A stretch of DNA of 63,492 nucleotides, filler included, from Elsinoe ampelina (Eukaryota), in the NCBI GenBank assembly GCA_010093995.1. It is 3 parts of 3 records of this genome, joined end to end, with 100 filler letters (N's around TTAATTAATTAA, not from the genome) between each part and the next. Parts side by side here need not be neighbours in the genome. Positions count along the whole stretch, not along the records: positions 26,157 to 51,237 come from ML992560.1; 2 more parts are not named here. The stretch is one strand, 5' to 3'. The notes below the pieces were generated by a model. That model searched no databases and was not told where the DNA came from. It saw nothing but the letters and a program-made list of their open reading frames with translations. The translations under genes and the position numbers were made by a program. Shown here piece after piece: positions 34,728-47,164 of this stretch (its first letter is position 1; every line of letters begins with the position of its first letter).

Positions 34728-35730
34728 CTACTCCTCCTCCAACTCCAACTCCATCTCCTCATCAGAAGGACTCATCACCTTCTCGATCAACTGCAGAGTG
34801 CTCTTGATCGGCAGTCCGACCACGTTGTAAAAGTCTCCGTCGATGCCGTCGATCAGGATCGCGCCGAGGCCTTGGATGCCGTAGCCGCCTGCTAGTTGGG
34901 AGCCTTCGCGGGTTTTGACGTAAGCGAGGATGAGGTCGTCGGTTACTGCCTCGTGTCAGAGAAGGGAGGGTGGGGGAGGTATGAGGGGGAGATGGGGGAG
35001 CGAAGGGGAAGGTTTGGGAGGGGAGGGGGAGGACAGGGAAGGAGAAGGGGGAAGATGTACTTGAGGAGTCGAAGCGGACTGTGGTTTCCTGGAGGGCTGT
35101 TAGATACGTGAATTATCGGTTCGGAAGGATTGGCTTGCCTCGACGTGGGTCTCGATCCTGTAGCCTGGCGAGACTGCGTCGTCTCGAGGAGACATGCATA
35201 CCACTGCTGTGTAGACTTTGTGTGTGCCGGCGTTCCGCAGGCCTTGGAGCATATCGATGTGATGTTTCTCTGACCGAGGCTTTTCTAGTATGGTGCTGCC
35301 AATCGGTGACAGGACTATGGTATCGGCGGAAATCAAGATGGACATGGCGCCCTTGGGTGAATCAATCTCCTTCTCGTACACTGCCATTGCTTTGCTCTCT
35401 GCGGTTCTCAAGACATATTCAAAGGGCGATAGTGACTTGGGAAAGTCCTCCGGTGCTCCCGAGGGTATAATCTCGACATCTGTGAGACCAATCTATTTCT
35501 AATCAGCCTCGTGCTCCCATGGCTGTTCTGGTAGACCGTGCCTGTGCCAGAAGTTGTTTCCGTCGAGGTGAAGCCGAAGCCAGGATGACTCTTTTGCCTT
35601 TCAACGAATCCAGTGCTGGAAGCTTGAAAGGAAGAGGACCTCGTGGTCGTGACCCAGGGGCGGATTGTCCGGACTTCTCCGTTGCTGCCTCATAGTCGGG
35701 CGGGGGTTCTAAAGGTACCTTCTCGTCCAT
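34728..35730 (-). CDS. Maf-family nucleoside triphosphate pyrophosphatase
   Basis: VILASASPRR, ISADTIV, ILEKP, AGGYGIQG, NVVGLP; introns 35493-35541 (GC-AG), 35089-35138 (GC-AG), 34946-35060. Confidence 0.9.
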
Positions 35731-36225
35731 GATCAGGAATGTGCTGGGATAGGTTGGAGGATGTGAAAGTTATCAGTCTGAAATGACGAAAGAGGTTCAG
35801 GAACACCGCCCAAGTCCCCACAAAAATCCGGAGGAAGAGTGCGGACCTGCAGTGGAGCTTGAGCTTCGATGGAGCTCGAAGACAGAGCAATATTTGAGGG
35901 ACGATCTGCTATCTGATTCTTTCCCATCGCCTGATCTTTCCTCCTGCCCGCTTCAACTACCAGCAAGTTTGCTGTTCATGGCTGCGACGAGACGCACAAT
36001 GAGCTGCATTCTTGGACGGCGATAGCGGTGGTGCCCCCAGGAGTAGGGTCGTTCGGAACCTTCTTGCCCGCGATAGGTGTTGGGCTCTCTCCTCATCTCG
36101 TCTTCATGTTTACGTCTCTGTATCTGTATTCGACGGTCACATTCTTTACTGCCCTATATTTCCTAGCTTTACGACATCGCTATTCTTTTCATTCGACCAC
36201 AGTCTCACTACATTCCTCGATCGAC

Positions 36226-38205
36226 ATGGATACTCTTCCCGACGAGTTGTTGATCCACATTCTTTCTTATCTCGAACAACATGACCTCGTCAATACACAG
36301 CTTCTATCCAAGCGGCTTCTGAAACTTGGTCGCGATGATAAGATCTGGAAAGAGCGCTGTTTCCGGCAGTCACCTGCTGAGAATCTTCGGCGTAAGCAAC
36401 AGGATCATGTTGAGGGCAATTCGCACCTTAGCGCTCTTCGACAAGCTTTTACCACGCTGGAGGACCAGAGCCGCGCTCGAGCCCGAGGAACGAATGCGAA
36501 TCGAGAGACTGCGCCAGAGCGCAACCGGTATTTGACGAGCTGGGATCCTCGGTACCCGGGAGAAGAGCTGGACTATTATCAGGAGTATATTCACAGGCAT
36601 GCACCAATTGCACCTCTCACATGGCTGAATATTCCACGAGACCGGATCAATGGAGCCGCCTGGGATCATGAGGCGACTGGGATGGGCATGCTAAGAGATG
36701 TGGACGGCCAAATCCAGCAAATAGTCACTCCCCTGGACGATGGCAGCATAGCCATGTGGACCGTGGATACACGAACAGATGCGGAAGCGCAGGCCGAAGT
36801 CCGCCTAACGGCAAGGAGCTCTTCAGGGCTCTTGACTGGCCTCGCGGAGGGTATGGATCGTGCCAGCGTTGCTACCGACAGCAAGACCATTATGACCGAG
36901 GTCGGAGCTGTCGAATGTGTCGCAATCGATTCGACCAACAAGCGCGGTCTCTTTGCGGTACAGCAAAGCCTACAGGAAGTTGACCTCAGCACTATGCAAG
37001 TCATATCCTCGCAAGCGTATCCGTTTGCAATCACTGCTCTTTCTGAAGTCTGTGGTAGTACTCCGTTAACCGTGGGGACGACCTCGACAGTCCATCTTTA
37101 CGATTCCAGAGTCGCAAAGGCATACCAGCCAAGAGACGATAGTATCAAGACTGAGCTGATTGGTGGACTGACGGCAAAACACGCCGTATTGACACAGCCT
37201 GGCCCCATGTCAATCCTGCATCAACAAGATGACTCGATCTGGGTGGCCGGCCGCTTCACGCACATGCTGAACTATGATCGACGTTTCTTCCCGAAGCTGC
37301 TTGGGACGATTCATTCTGGTGCACGTATCTCATCGCTTGCTGCGCTTCCACATCCCCATATATCTCGTGACCTGGACACTTTGAGCAACCCAACTACCAC
37401 AATGGCATCGTTGAGGTCGGCCAAATCTGCCACCGGCACGACCTTTGTCGCCGCCGGAGTCTACAAAGGTAAGGGGAGTCTTGAGTTGTATGGCTTGTCC
37501 CCTTCAGACTCTGGAGGGAGTATCCTCTCTTCCAAGTATCACAATCGTCAGACTGCGTCCACCTCAAAGTTACTATCAGCGATCCCCACTGGTGGCCATA
37601 TCGTCATGTCCGACTCTGATGGGAACGTCAAGTGGTTCGAGCGCAATGCTCACCACCGCATCAGGTCGTTCAACATTAACCAAATAGACTCCGCAACCAC
37701 AGTCCCAGAATACGCAATGACTACTGGGGCTGAAGTCCCTAGCTTTAACCAAGCCTCGACTCAAGCCCAATCCGATGGAATCTTTGGCGCACCAAACATG
37801 GACGCTCCAGGCCAAGGCGACATCGTACAGAAGCTCATTCCCTTCCAGACCCACTCTTCCTCGACAGGTACACAGAACCCGTTGTTCATGTGGACAGGCG
37901 ACGGTCGAGTCGGCATTCTCTCCTTCGGTCACCGGTCAGCCTTTGTTCAACGTCGAACTGCAGCAGACGGGTATGGTAGTGAGGAGGAAGAGGATGAAGG
38001 GTACGTGAGTGGTTATTCCAGTCGTGGTGAGAAGCGTAGTGACGAGCTGAGCGACGAGGAGGAGAAGATGAGAGTAAATGCGAGGCGAGCAGAGAGGAGA
38101 GCGAGGGAGGACGCGGAACGGCAGTTTGCTGGACGCATGAGAAGAGCTCTCGAAGGCCAGGCAAGGGAAGTCAGATGGATGAGAGGGCTGGGGTTGGGTG
38201 ATTGA
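36226..38205 (+). CDS. F-box protein with a beta-propeller-like C-terminal region
   Basis: MDTLPDELLIHILSYL F-box at the first good ATG; long intronless ORF. Confidence 0.85.
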   Translation: MDTLPDELLIHILSYLEQHDLVNTQLLSKRLLKLGRDDKIWKERCFRQSPAENLRRKQQDHVEGNSHLSALRQAFTTLEDQSRARARGTNANRETAPERNRYLTSWDPRYPGEELDYYQEYIHRHAPIAPLTWLNIPRDRINGAAWDHEATGMGMLRDVDGQIQQIVTPLDDGSIAMWTVDTRTDAEAQAEVRLTARSSSGLLTGLAEGMDRASVATDSKTIMTEVGAVECVAIDSTNKRGLFAVQQSLQEVDLSTMQVISSQAYPFAITALSEVCGSTPLTVGTTSTVHLYDSRVAKAYQPRDDSIKTELIGGLTAKHAVLTQPGPMSILHQQDDSIWVAGRFTHMLNYDRRFFPKLLGTIHSGARISSLAALPHPHISRDLDTLSNPTTTMASLRSAKSATGTTFVAAGVYKGKGSLELYGLSPSDSGGSILSSKYHNRQTASTSKLLSAIPTGGHIVMSDSDGNVKWFERNAHHRIRSFNINQIDSATTVPEYAMTTGAEVPSFNQASTQAQSDGIFGAPNMDAPGQGDIVQKLIPFQTHSSSTGTQNPLFMWTGDGRVGILSFGHRSAFVQRRTAADGYGSEEEEDEGYVSGYSSRGEKRSDELSDEEEKMRVNARRAERRAREDAERQFAGRMRRALEGQAREVRWMRGLGLGD

Positions 38206-38499
38206 GCCTCATAGGGAGGAGCACATTTGAATTCATGGCAGCCCCTATCGACCCGCTGGAAACGGGGCATCACTGAATACTGGAGCTATCATCCAGTCTG
38301 CGCCCCGAAGCGTCTGGTAGGTCTTGGGATGTTCCGACGGCCTGTCAGCGGTACTGAAGTCTTTACTGCTGGCCTTCCACACTGACCACGCTGGTCACAC
38401 GATAGTCGACTTCATGAGGTGAGATGCAAGAGTCTCCTCAGGAGTGACGGCCGAAGTAAGCCATGGAGTCTCGCACAGTATCAAAGTCAGTCTTCTGCA

Positions 38500-38900
38500 G
38501 CGACAGGGACTGCTGGCTAGAGGGGCCTCCACCTCAAGACAAGCATTACTGAGTTTGTCGCAGCGTGAGGGGAAGAGGCGGTACTATCGTAGACTATTGT
38601 GTTCGAATGAAGAAGGAGACGAGGGTTTACTTCATCTCTGCTACAAACCCTTGTATGATATGTGATTGCGAGGAGTTGCTCAGCATGCAGATTGTGGAGG
38701 CTGTGTAGTCTTGAAAGTGTGGAAGGTCTCTGCTTGAAGTTCGAGACCGATCCGACATGCGTGAACCATGCTATTCGCGACGCACTACAGGTGTCGAAGA
38801 CGCATGACGTGCATCGGAACACGAGCGAGGCTGTGCACACGATGTTCTGGTCAAATGGTTGCGAGGATATTCAAGGGGTACAGTTTGAAACAGGAACCGT
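38500..38900 (+). pseudogene. Possible decayed fungal F-box-like orphan gene relic
   Basis: ALLSLSQRE..RRYYRRLL and DALQVSK..EAVHTMFWSN lie in different frames and loosely resemble the LLSLP.EIR..IY / ALL.TC..I..EA motifs of a large fungal family. Confidence 0.25.
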
Positions 38901-39102
38901 ATAGACATGCAGATAGACTTTCGGCTGCACTTTGTGAACGTCAGACAGATCTTCTATAACTCTATCGTTCTATATGTATCATGCAATCTTGGTCTCGTGT
39001 CATCTACTGGTAAGTTTTCGTAATCTGTACCGGCTGTGTCGGAGTCAAGCTTCTATCATATCTGCTCGGACAGGTGATACTTTCCGTCACTTCCCTCCGT
39101 GA

Positions 39103-41037
39103 CTACGTCTTCTGTCCCTCTACACCACCTGCTAGCCCTTCCTCTGCTATCCCCGCTCCGCTTCCTGTCCGCCTCCTATTCTCTTCCTGCCTCTGCCTCT
39201 CCTCCTCCCTCATCACCTCCAGTTCCCTGCAGAACTTGCTCCTCTCCCTCAACCACCCCCCGTACCTGAGAAATACGAATGGGATGACGCAGAGTGCCAG
39301 ACTCAACCCTCCGAGTAACGTGCAAGCCCACTGTACCCCCAATGCCTCATACATCGGCCTCGCCGCAAAGGGTAGTACCGCCCCGAATAGGCTCCGACTG
39401 CACGCCGCTGCCGCGGTGGCTGATGCAGCGAAGACATCGTAAGCGTCCACCAGGTAGTTCAACAGTGCCATGAACAGCAGCAAAAAGCCTGTCCCGAACG
39501 GCAGCGCAGACAAGACCGGCACGATCCAATGCACGTCCTCCCTCGCTGACCAGCCCAGCCAAAAGAGCGAGATGACAAACAAGGGCCCCCCAATACAAGC
39601 CAGCGGTAGCCTTCTGTACTCCTCGACCTTACTCCACGGCGCATCGCGGTCCTTCGCGCGCTGCAGCAGCACATCCCAGTAGAGATAGATGCCACAGGCG
39701 ACGATACTCCCCACACCCACCGGTAGGAACGCCAGCCCCGTCTGCCCATAATTAAACCCATAAATCTGCGGATAGATAATCGGGTAAGCCTGAAAGAACA
39801 TATAGAACACGGCATACGCGAAAGCCAGATAAAGGCAAGAGCACAAGACCAACGCCTCAAAGATGAACATCCTCACCGGCCTGGTCAGCACCACGGTCAA
39901 CAAATTCGCGACCGTCCGCGGCTCCAAATCCATCGGCGCCACGATCCTCTCATCCCCCGTCCTGGCCCTCAACGCCGCCGCCCGTCGCTTCAGTATCACA
40001 GGCCCGTACGTCTCTGGCGAAAACAGCAGGAGAGGCCACGACGCCCCCGCGAAGATGAGCGCGAGCCAGTACACCCACCTCCACCCCAGGGCGGGGGAGG
40101 CGAACCCGGACGCGATGGGGCCGATGAGCGGGCCCCAGGTCGTGGCGGCCATGAAGATGGACATGGCGCGTCCCCTCGTGACGGGGTCCGGGTAGATGTC
40201 GGCGTAGATGCCGCCTACGACGGAGATGGGGGCTGAGGCGCCGACGCCGGCGAGGAAGCGGAAGGTGATGTACGCTGCGAAGGTGGGGGCGAGGGCGCAG
40301 GCGAGGGTGAAGAGGGTGAAGATGGCCTGGAGGAAAGAAGGGGGGGTTAGTTGTGGTTCTCTCTCGGGGTGGGGATGGAGGTGGAACTCCGGGTGTGGGT
40401 GGTGTGTTCTTTTGACACGCTGGTCGGATGAGTGTTTGACGTTTTGTCGGTGCTTTCTCGACTGATCTGGCAGGTGTGCAGTGCGTGGTACAAGACTCAT
40501 TGAAGTCTTCAATGCGCGCGATCGTTGATGCTAGACCCTCAGGCAACGAGAATAAAAATGTAAATCACTTACAAACGTGGCAATCATCACCCACTTTCGA
40601 CCATAGTTCTCGGAGAGAGGGCCGAAAGCGAGTGGACCCAAGACGTAGCCTACCAGGTAGATGGATATGGGCAAGACCAGCTGGTACTGGTTGTCATTCT
40701 GAAAGTATTCAGACACCTGCACCGGGGTCCCACTGGCGATGGAAGACCCGATGGTCGAATTAGTCACCAGCACTACACCGAGGATGACAATGTAGATTTT
40801 CTTTGCCTTTGACCAGTTGTAGGGATTCTCCGGGTCGCCGTCTGGAAATGAGATGACGTTCCTCTGGTCGGACTGACTCTCGATTCCGGAAGGTGAAGAG
40901 GTGGTGCCAGACGAGATGGAATGCCCACGGACGCTCTGGATGTCTGTGTCATTTTTTCTAGAAGCCCCGTGGCCTTCCTTGGAATGCAGTGATGGTTCCT
41001 TGGGGACTGCTTCTGGATCGGATGACGAGTGGGACAT
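39103..41037 (-). CDS. MFS multidrug transporter, DHA1-like
   Basis: FPDGDPENPYNWS, GPLSENYGRK, GGIYADIY, PETYGPVIL, EEYRRLP; intron 40327-40572. Confidence 0.92.
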
Positions 41038-42602
41038 GGGTCTGGAGTGGGAGCCTCAAATTGCCATCGACATATTTGAACACGAACCGTCTGGGTGGGA
41101 GAGGTCTTTTGGTAGCTTCTGACTCGTCGATTTACGCGACCCACCGCGGATCGTGGATTGGTGAAATTGCGGACGAGGGCTTACCGGCGGGAAAGGCGCT
41201 CGATATGGAAGCAGGATAGAGTGAAGCTGACCTGAGAATTGCTACCACCGGGAGAAATGAATGAGAAGGATACAGTTTTCAGTCCACCTCAAAGGGCGCA
41301 GATAAGTCATCATTGCCATCGACCCCTCAATGATCAAAAGTCGGGTATTCGGCTCAAGAAGACCGCACACGGCGATCAGCATGAACTAACGTTATGCAGC
41401 ACGGCAGCAGCAACCGTCTTGTCCTTTTGACGACATGCTCTGGTCCATTGGCAGACGTGATCGGTGGTTGCCAACGGAGAAGAAGAAGAAGGAATGCGAG
41501 ACACAGAATGGTTTGGCGGCCGTTGTTCCCGAGGCCTTGCCCAACCGTCCATCGTCACCGCAATCAAAGCATACTGTAAGTTACATGGAGAATAATGAGA
41601 AGGAAATCATAAGCTCGTGGCTGCAGCAATTATCAACGGTACAGGCGAGCCTCTGCGGTTCCCGCTAAACTCGTCCGAGGCATGGCGCCTGCTTCGCCTC
41701 CAGAAAAGCGTCGAGGCACCCAAGCTGTTGGATATGATTGGATTTGAGCATAAGCAGCCAGGATCCAGTTAGACGCTGTCGTCCCCTGGCGCCGTCCGGC
41801 GATCTCTCCGGGGTCTTTCTGAGGACCTTTGGCTCTGGGAAGCAGACTTGCAGAGCATCCCGTTTTACTTGCACTAGGGCCTGTCACTGGTCAGACGCCC
41901 ATCGTCAGTCCTGTGACAGGATGCGAGATGTACCCCGATCATGTTTCGGGCGCAGCAGTCTCATGCAGGCACCGGCGAGAAATGAAAGTGTCAAGAGCAA
42001 AGTCGAGACGATCGAGATCTGGGTGCGGCTCGCTCGTGAGCATGTCATTGGACGTATCATCTTGAGACTATGGATGAAATGCGTGGCTTTCCCGCACATG
42101 CAACCAGACTCTAAAGTTGGCAGTGAACCACAGGACAGGACCACCAGTGCGCAGCAGGCAGGCAGGCTCGCAGTTCACACTGATCAGACGGACAGGGCTG
42201 GCCTCGTCTCGCTCGTCTCGCTCTCAAGCATCGGGGGTCCTTCCTCAGGGGAGTTGAACGTTGTCGAGATTGTTGCTGGACCGGTTGGAGGGAGCCCACT
42301 GGCATGCAAGGGACGTGCTGCCCGGGCCCCCAATGGACTATCTTTGTACCTGGTCAATCGATTCCCGACTACTAATGACATGTTATGCCGCCCATGCCCT
42401 ACTGTTTCGTCCAAGTTTTTGTCCCTCCTTTGTGACCTTTTGACGACCTTCCTTTTTGGCCTCGCGAATACAGCCGCCTGATGAAATGTATATGAAGAAA
42501 AAACACTGAAAACGGGATAAACAATACTCGGACACACTCCCTCTGCGGAGAAATGGATAATTCACACATGTTCGTCTGCGTGAGAAGCATTTCAGCTGGG
42601 CC

Positions 42603-44939
42603 ATGGTACTGACTCGAGTTTCTTTGCCTAGGAATTGGATGCTCACTCCTTCAACCACACCCACCGACGCTACCTTTTCTCCCCCTTCCCTCCAGACTCC
42701 CAGGACCAGCGCACACTTTAGCGATGCCTTTTCGCCCTTCATACTACCAAGCGCAACATCTACCCCTTACATCAGCTCGGAGCACGTGGACCGGACCATG
42801 TTCAGCTCGGAGAATCCGGCCATGAATGCCTCCTCTTTCGACGACAATACTGCGGCACAGTCGCAACCACAGCAGCAACATCACTTCGGACAATTCGGCA
42901 TGACCGCTCAGGGTATCAGTCACGCTCATAAACATTCAGGACGGGCTGCATTTCACGCGGTACAGCCGTCTGTGGCCATCCACACGCCCCCACCGACTCG
43001 AAATCCGTCAGAAAAGAGAAGGCAACCAAGGCCCCACAGCATCATGTTTGGCACTCCTACCTCAATGGATCAGTCCATGAATGGCCAGTCGTTGATCGAC
43101 CATGGCCAGATTGGCATGCTACAACAGTCGGCAAGCCAGCCACTACTGCCAATGGCTATGGACTTTTCACAGAATGGGAGTATGATGGGCACAACCTCGG
43201 CCATGACTGATGATGAATTCTGGAACCTCTCAACGTCGATGAGCATGAACAATCTATCGCAAAACAGTGTAGGCACCATGCTGGCTGATCCTTTCACCTA
43301 TCAGGCGCAAGCAAATCACATGGCTAGCACGATGCCAACAAACGAGCAGATACAATTTCTGGCCACGACACCACAATTGTTCACTCCGGTCCAGCCCTCG
43401 CCGCTACAGAGAGCACCCGTAGTCCCGAGTAATGCTGAGAAGCCATTACCTCCAGTACCAACAGATAATGTTCCAAACATGGTTCGCAGCGCTGGCGTTG
43501 ACCCGAATCTTCTATGGAGCTCTCCTAATCGTATGGCGCCTCCAGCACTTCCTCGCCCTGTTGTACCGTCGAGTCAACCTTGTCAAAACGACTCATTGTC
43601 GCCGGAAAGAATTCCTCAGATGCCGTTTCCAAGCAGCGCGGCTAGTCTTGCAACTACCCAACTGAGCATGCAACCAGATCGAAACTCAATAGCAGTGGCA
43701 CCAGGGGGTCTCAAGCCAGGTCTGCGGAGAAGCAACACTACCGAAACGCGACGACCACACAGCATGTATGGGTCGATCGAGTCGTTGAGCCGCAGCAACA
43801 CCACTGCAAGCATCTCACGCCGGGCATCACCACTCAAGCGCTACAACCGCAACTCGACTACCTCTCTTGCATCCATCTCCGAGTCCACGCCCAGCCTTCC
43901 TCGTTCAAGGACGTCCGTCGTCTTGACTGTCGATAGCAAAGGACGCGCTCGCGCTGAGACCCGACCAATGGACATCAGCCCAACCAAGTCATCGTCAATG
44001 ATGGCCAGATACCCAAATCTGTGGGATTCGGACGATGACAGCGACTCTGATGACACTACTGGAAGAGATAAGAGCACTCGCGCAGCCAAGATTGATTCCA
44101 CACTGGCCAGTCTCGAGGGACTTCATCTACCTCGATCAACGTCATCTGCATCCAACCGCGCGACGCCATCAAAGGCCGCCATCGCAGCCGCCATCTCGCT
44201 TCGTCGCCAGAGCAGCGTCAAAAAGTCACAGTCTTCACGGCGTAATACCATGGCGTCAAGCGGGTCTCACATGGACGTCGATGCCATGGATGTAGAATCG
44301 GACAATGATAGCTCCAACGGCGATGCCGGCGCAGCCCTGCGCAAAGCCATGGCGGAACGACGGGAACAGCGTGAGCAGCGCAAGTCGGCTGCAGAGCAAC
44401 AGCGCGCGCGATCGAGGCCGCCCAGCCAGACAAGACCAGCGTCAATGTATCCTCCACGATCATCGTCACTAGCAAACGGCCTCGGCGCAGTCATGCAGCA
44501 ACAACAACAGCAACAGCTGCCTCACGTCACGCAATCATTCGATAGCGCCCCGATGCATCTACCCCAGCATTCGCACTCGCACTCACACTCGCACTCTCAC
44601 TCCTTCTCCCAGCCTCAATCACTATCCTTCTCCCACGGCCACAGCCACAGCCACTCCTTCTCCCACTCACACGCCTTCAGCCCCCAGGCATCCAGCCCCA
44701 TCAAACCATCCGGCACCTTCGCCGACGCCATGAGCAGCATCACCCGCTGCATCTGCAACCTCCCCATCGCAGAAGGCCAACTCATGATACAATGCAACAG
44801 CTGCCAACTGTGGCTGCACACGGCCTGTCTCGGGATCTCGCCGGCCGAGCTCCCATCGACGTACATGTGCACGTTCTGCATGGTGCCCCCGGCGCCAGGA
44901 CAGCGGATGATGGGGTGGGAGACCACGGCCGCTTTCTGA
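42603..44939 (+). CDS. Low-complexity protein with C-terminal PHD finger (start uncertain)
   Basis: [28 protein letters not shown] is a C4HC3 PHD finger; the body is Ser/Pro/Gln-rich. Confidence 0.85.
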   Translation: MVLTRVSLPRNWMLTPSTTPTDATFSPPSLQTPRTSAHFSDAFSPFILPSATSTPYISSEHVDRTMFSSENPAMNASSFDDNTAAQSQPQQQHHFGQFGMTAQGISHAHKHSGRAAFHAVQPSVAIHTPPPTRNPSEKRRQPRPHSIMFGTPTSMDQSMNGQSLIDHGQIGMLQQSASQPLLPMAMDFSQNGSMMGTTSAMTDDEFWNLSTSMSMNNLSQNSVGTMLADPFTYQAQANHMASTMPTNEQIQFLATTPQLFTPVQPSPLQRAPVVPSNAEKPLPPVPTDNVPNMVRSAGVDPNLLWSSPNRMAPPALPRPVVPSSQPCQNDSLSPERIPQMPFPSSAASLATTQLSMQPDRNSIAVAPGGLKPGLRRSNTTETRRPHSMYGSIESLSRSNTTASISRRASPLKRYNRNSTTSLASISESTPSLPRSRTSVVLTVDSKGRARAETRPMDISPTKSSSMMARYPNLWDSDDDSDSDDTTGRDKSTRAAKIDSTLASLEGLHLPRSTSSASNRATPSKAAIAAAISLRRQSSVKKSQSSRRNTMASSGSHMDVDAMDVESDNDSSNGDAGAALRKAMAERREQREQRKSAAEQQRARSRPPSQTRPASMYPPRSSSLANGLGAVMQQQQQQQLPHVTQSFDSAPMHLPQHSHSHSHSHSHSFSQPQSLSFSHGHSHSHSFSHSHAFSPQASSPIKPSGTFADAMSSITRCICNLPIAEGQLMIQCNSCQLWLHTACLGISPAELPSTYMCTFCMVPPAPGQRMMGWETTAAF

Positions 44940-45720
44940 AGCTCTGGTGGTCATAACGCCACCCATGCATCTCAGGACACGATTCACATCATCCTTGCAG
45001 GGTCGTCTACATGCAGACTCTCCACCTCACATCACCAGAAAAACATTTCCTATGTCTGACACGGATTTCCTTGGCCACGCAACGGGAAACGGGAAATGGA
45101 GTCACGCGGAACATGAGTACAATAATAATTTTCACACCCCCGACACACAGGCACAATAGCAAAGATTATTTCACGCGCTTAATATACCACCACCGAGAGC
45201 GGGGGAGACGGGAGACAGGGGGGCATACATGATGAGCCTAATCTTTCACCCTCTGGATGTGGATCAGAGGGGAAGGGGTTACAGGGTTGGGTGCGATGGG
45301 TGGTTGGTTAGAGGAACAGAGGAGGGGGCAAAGGATACCCATAATGTCAGTAGTACTTGCATCTCCCCTTGGGCTGGGGATGAGGGCTGGGGGGGTAATG
45401 GAACTATTCTTGCATGCACTTGTCTCTACGTAGTCATTTCGGATTGTGACGTCGTATGATGTTGGTGTATTGGAGATGTGTCTTTGTGCACTGACGGCTT
45501 GGCTTGTGGTGTAGTTGTTTGTGCCCTAATGCTCTGGCTGTAGGGCTGCACATGTTGCTATATTAGGCTGAGATGGGTCGGCCCTTTAGCCTTTTGCCGA
45601 TCTGACTTGTTGTGTGTGATGAAAAGTGCCCGGGTACTGGAGTGGATCATGAGGCAGATTGGATTGAAAAGGGGGATATTCTGCCGTCTACCGCTGCCGC
45701 ACCATCTCCTCCAAAGCACT

Positions 45721-46434
45721 CTACAGCTGGTTCACGAGCTTGTTCCCGCTCTTGATGAAGAACGTGAAGATGATGCCGATGCCTGTTAGGTAGACTCCGG
45801 ATCGAGCAGTGGCTGTGGCAGGTCAGTATCAATCGCGACACTCGATACATATCCTCATTATTCGCTGCATGTGAAAGATCACGCGGTTGAGAGCGCAGAG
45901 ACACGGACGGGAAGACTCACCCTTGACTTCACTGGTGCCGCTGATGTACAAGTAGTTGTACACGACTCGGCTGGCGAGGTAGGCACCGCTGAGGGCGTTG
46001 AGGGTCCAGTTGTCGAGCTTGGCTACGTTGCCGATGGTGAGGGCAGCGGCGAAGAGACCTGCATTGTGTCAGCGATGGTCACCGAGGGAGGAGGACTGGA
46101 GCATACCGAGGTTCTCAAAGCCGTTCGACTGGGCGGCTTCGGCGCGGGCGATCTTGGCCTTGGTCGCTGGAGGGAGGTTAGTGACGCGGGACAGAGATGA
46201 CAGGTCTTGCTGTACCTTTGTCGATGCTCTGGTCGTTCTCCGTGTCACGGACGTAGGTTCTTGGGCACTTGTTGTCGAACTTGCCCATGCTGGCGGCGTA
46301 GAAGTGAGGGACAATGCTCAAGACCCATGCTGCTGGGAGAGTGTAGAGCGACTTGGGAGCTTGTCAGATGGGCTGCTTTGAGATTGTGGATCACCTACCA
46401 AGTTGCGCGTGGTGTCCAAGATGTTGGCGGCCAT
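45721..46434 (-). CDS. MAPEG-family small membrane protein (5 exons)
   Basis: Splicing gives MAANILDTTRNL|SLYTLPAAWVLSIVPHFYA..KIARAEAAQSNGFENLGLFAAA..YLASRVVYNYLYI..GIGIIFTFFIKSGNKLVNQL-TAG, containing the MAPEG RA..N..E and R..Y motifs. Not shown as one ORF in the track. Confidence 0.85.
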
Positions 46435-47164
46435 TCTGCTAGTGATGGAGCGGTATGCAGGTCTGGAAGGAGGGATGCAACGTTGGACGGGAGAGAGGAG
46501 CTGGAGCTACTTGACCTATGTGTATCAACCGCGGCATGGAAATGCATAAAAATATGGCCGTTGCTAGTGCATGACGTATAGCGCAAGATTCTGAAAAGCA
46601 TCATTCCAAATCACCCGATGAACCGAGATTATCGTCCCTCAGGGAAAAGCAGTCTAAACAGATCGACGTGTAGTCTTTATTTTGATCTGATCGAAGCTGC
46701 ATAAGTAGGTCGGATCAGATACCTATTACGATTCATGATCATAAGCCATCAGCGGCCATCTCTCGGAGCCGGCGTCCTCGATACTCGTGTAGATCTAGCA
46801 GATCGAACGCATATAGCGAGTGACGCATCAAGCTTAGACGGTGATTCCGGAGATCCTGCAGTGGGCACCAGTGATTGAGCGTCTCGAGATGCATAATAGT
46901 AAGAGAGTCGTGCTGGCAGTAAGGAGAGGAGTAAGTAATGAATGATGAAGCCATGTGGCCGGGCCGGTCCCACGTGATGGAGCCGCCTGCGCGACGTCAT
47001 TCTGGGCTCATGTTTAATCCCCCCACTTGCACATGCCATTGGACTTGATCTTTCACAATTTCGCCAATTTGTCCATGTTGGAGAAACCAAAAGAGAAGAT
47101 CAAATTTTTCTTCGCCGACAAAGTAGATCCACGGCATGCCAGAGCACTAGGTGACACCCACAAA

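Noticed and set aside
41200..42600. ORFs in the MFS/PHD divergent intergenic region (e.g. 41738-42481)
   Set aside because: No domain motifs or coding-like composition; probably promoter or UTR.
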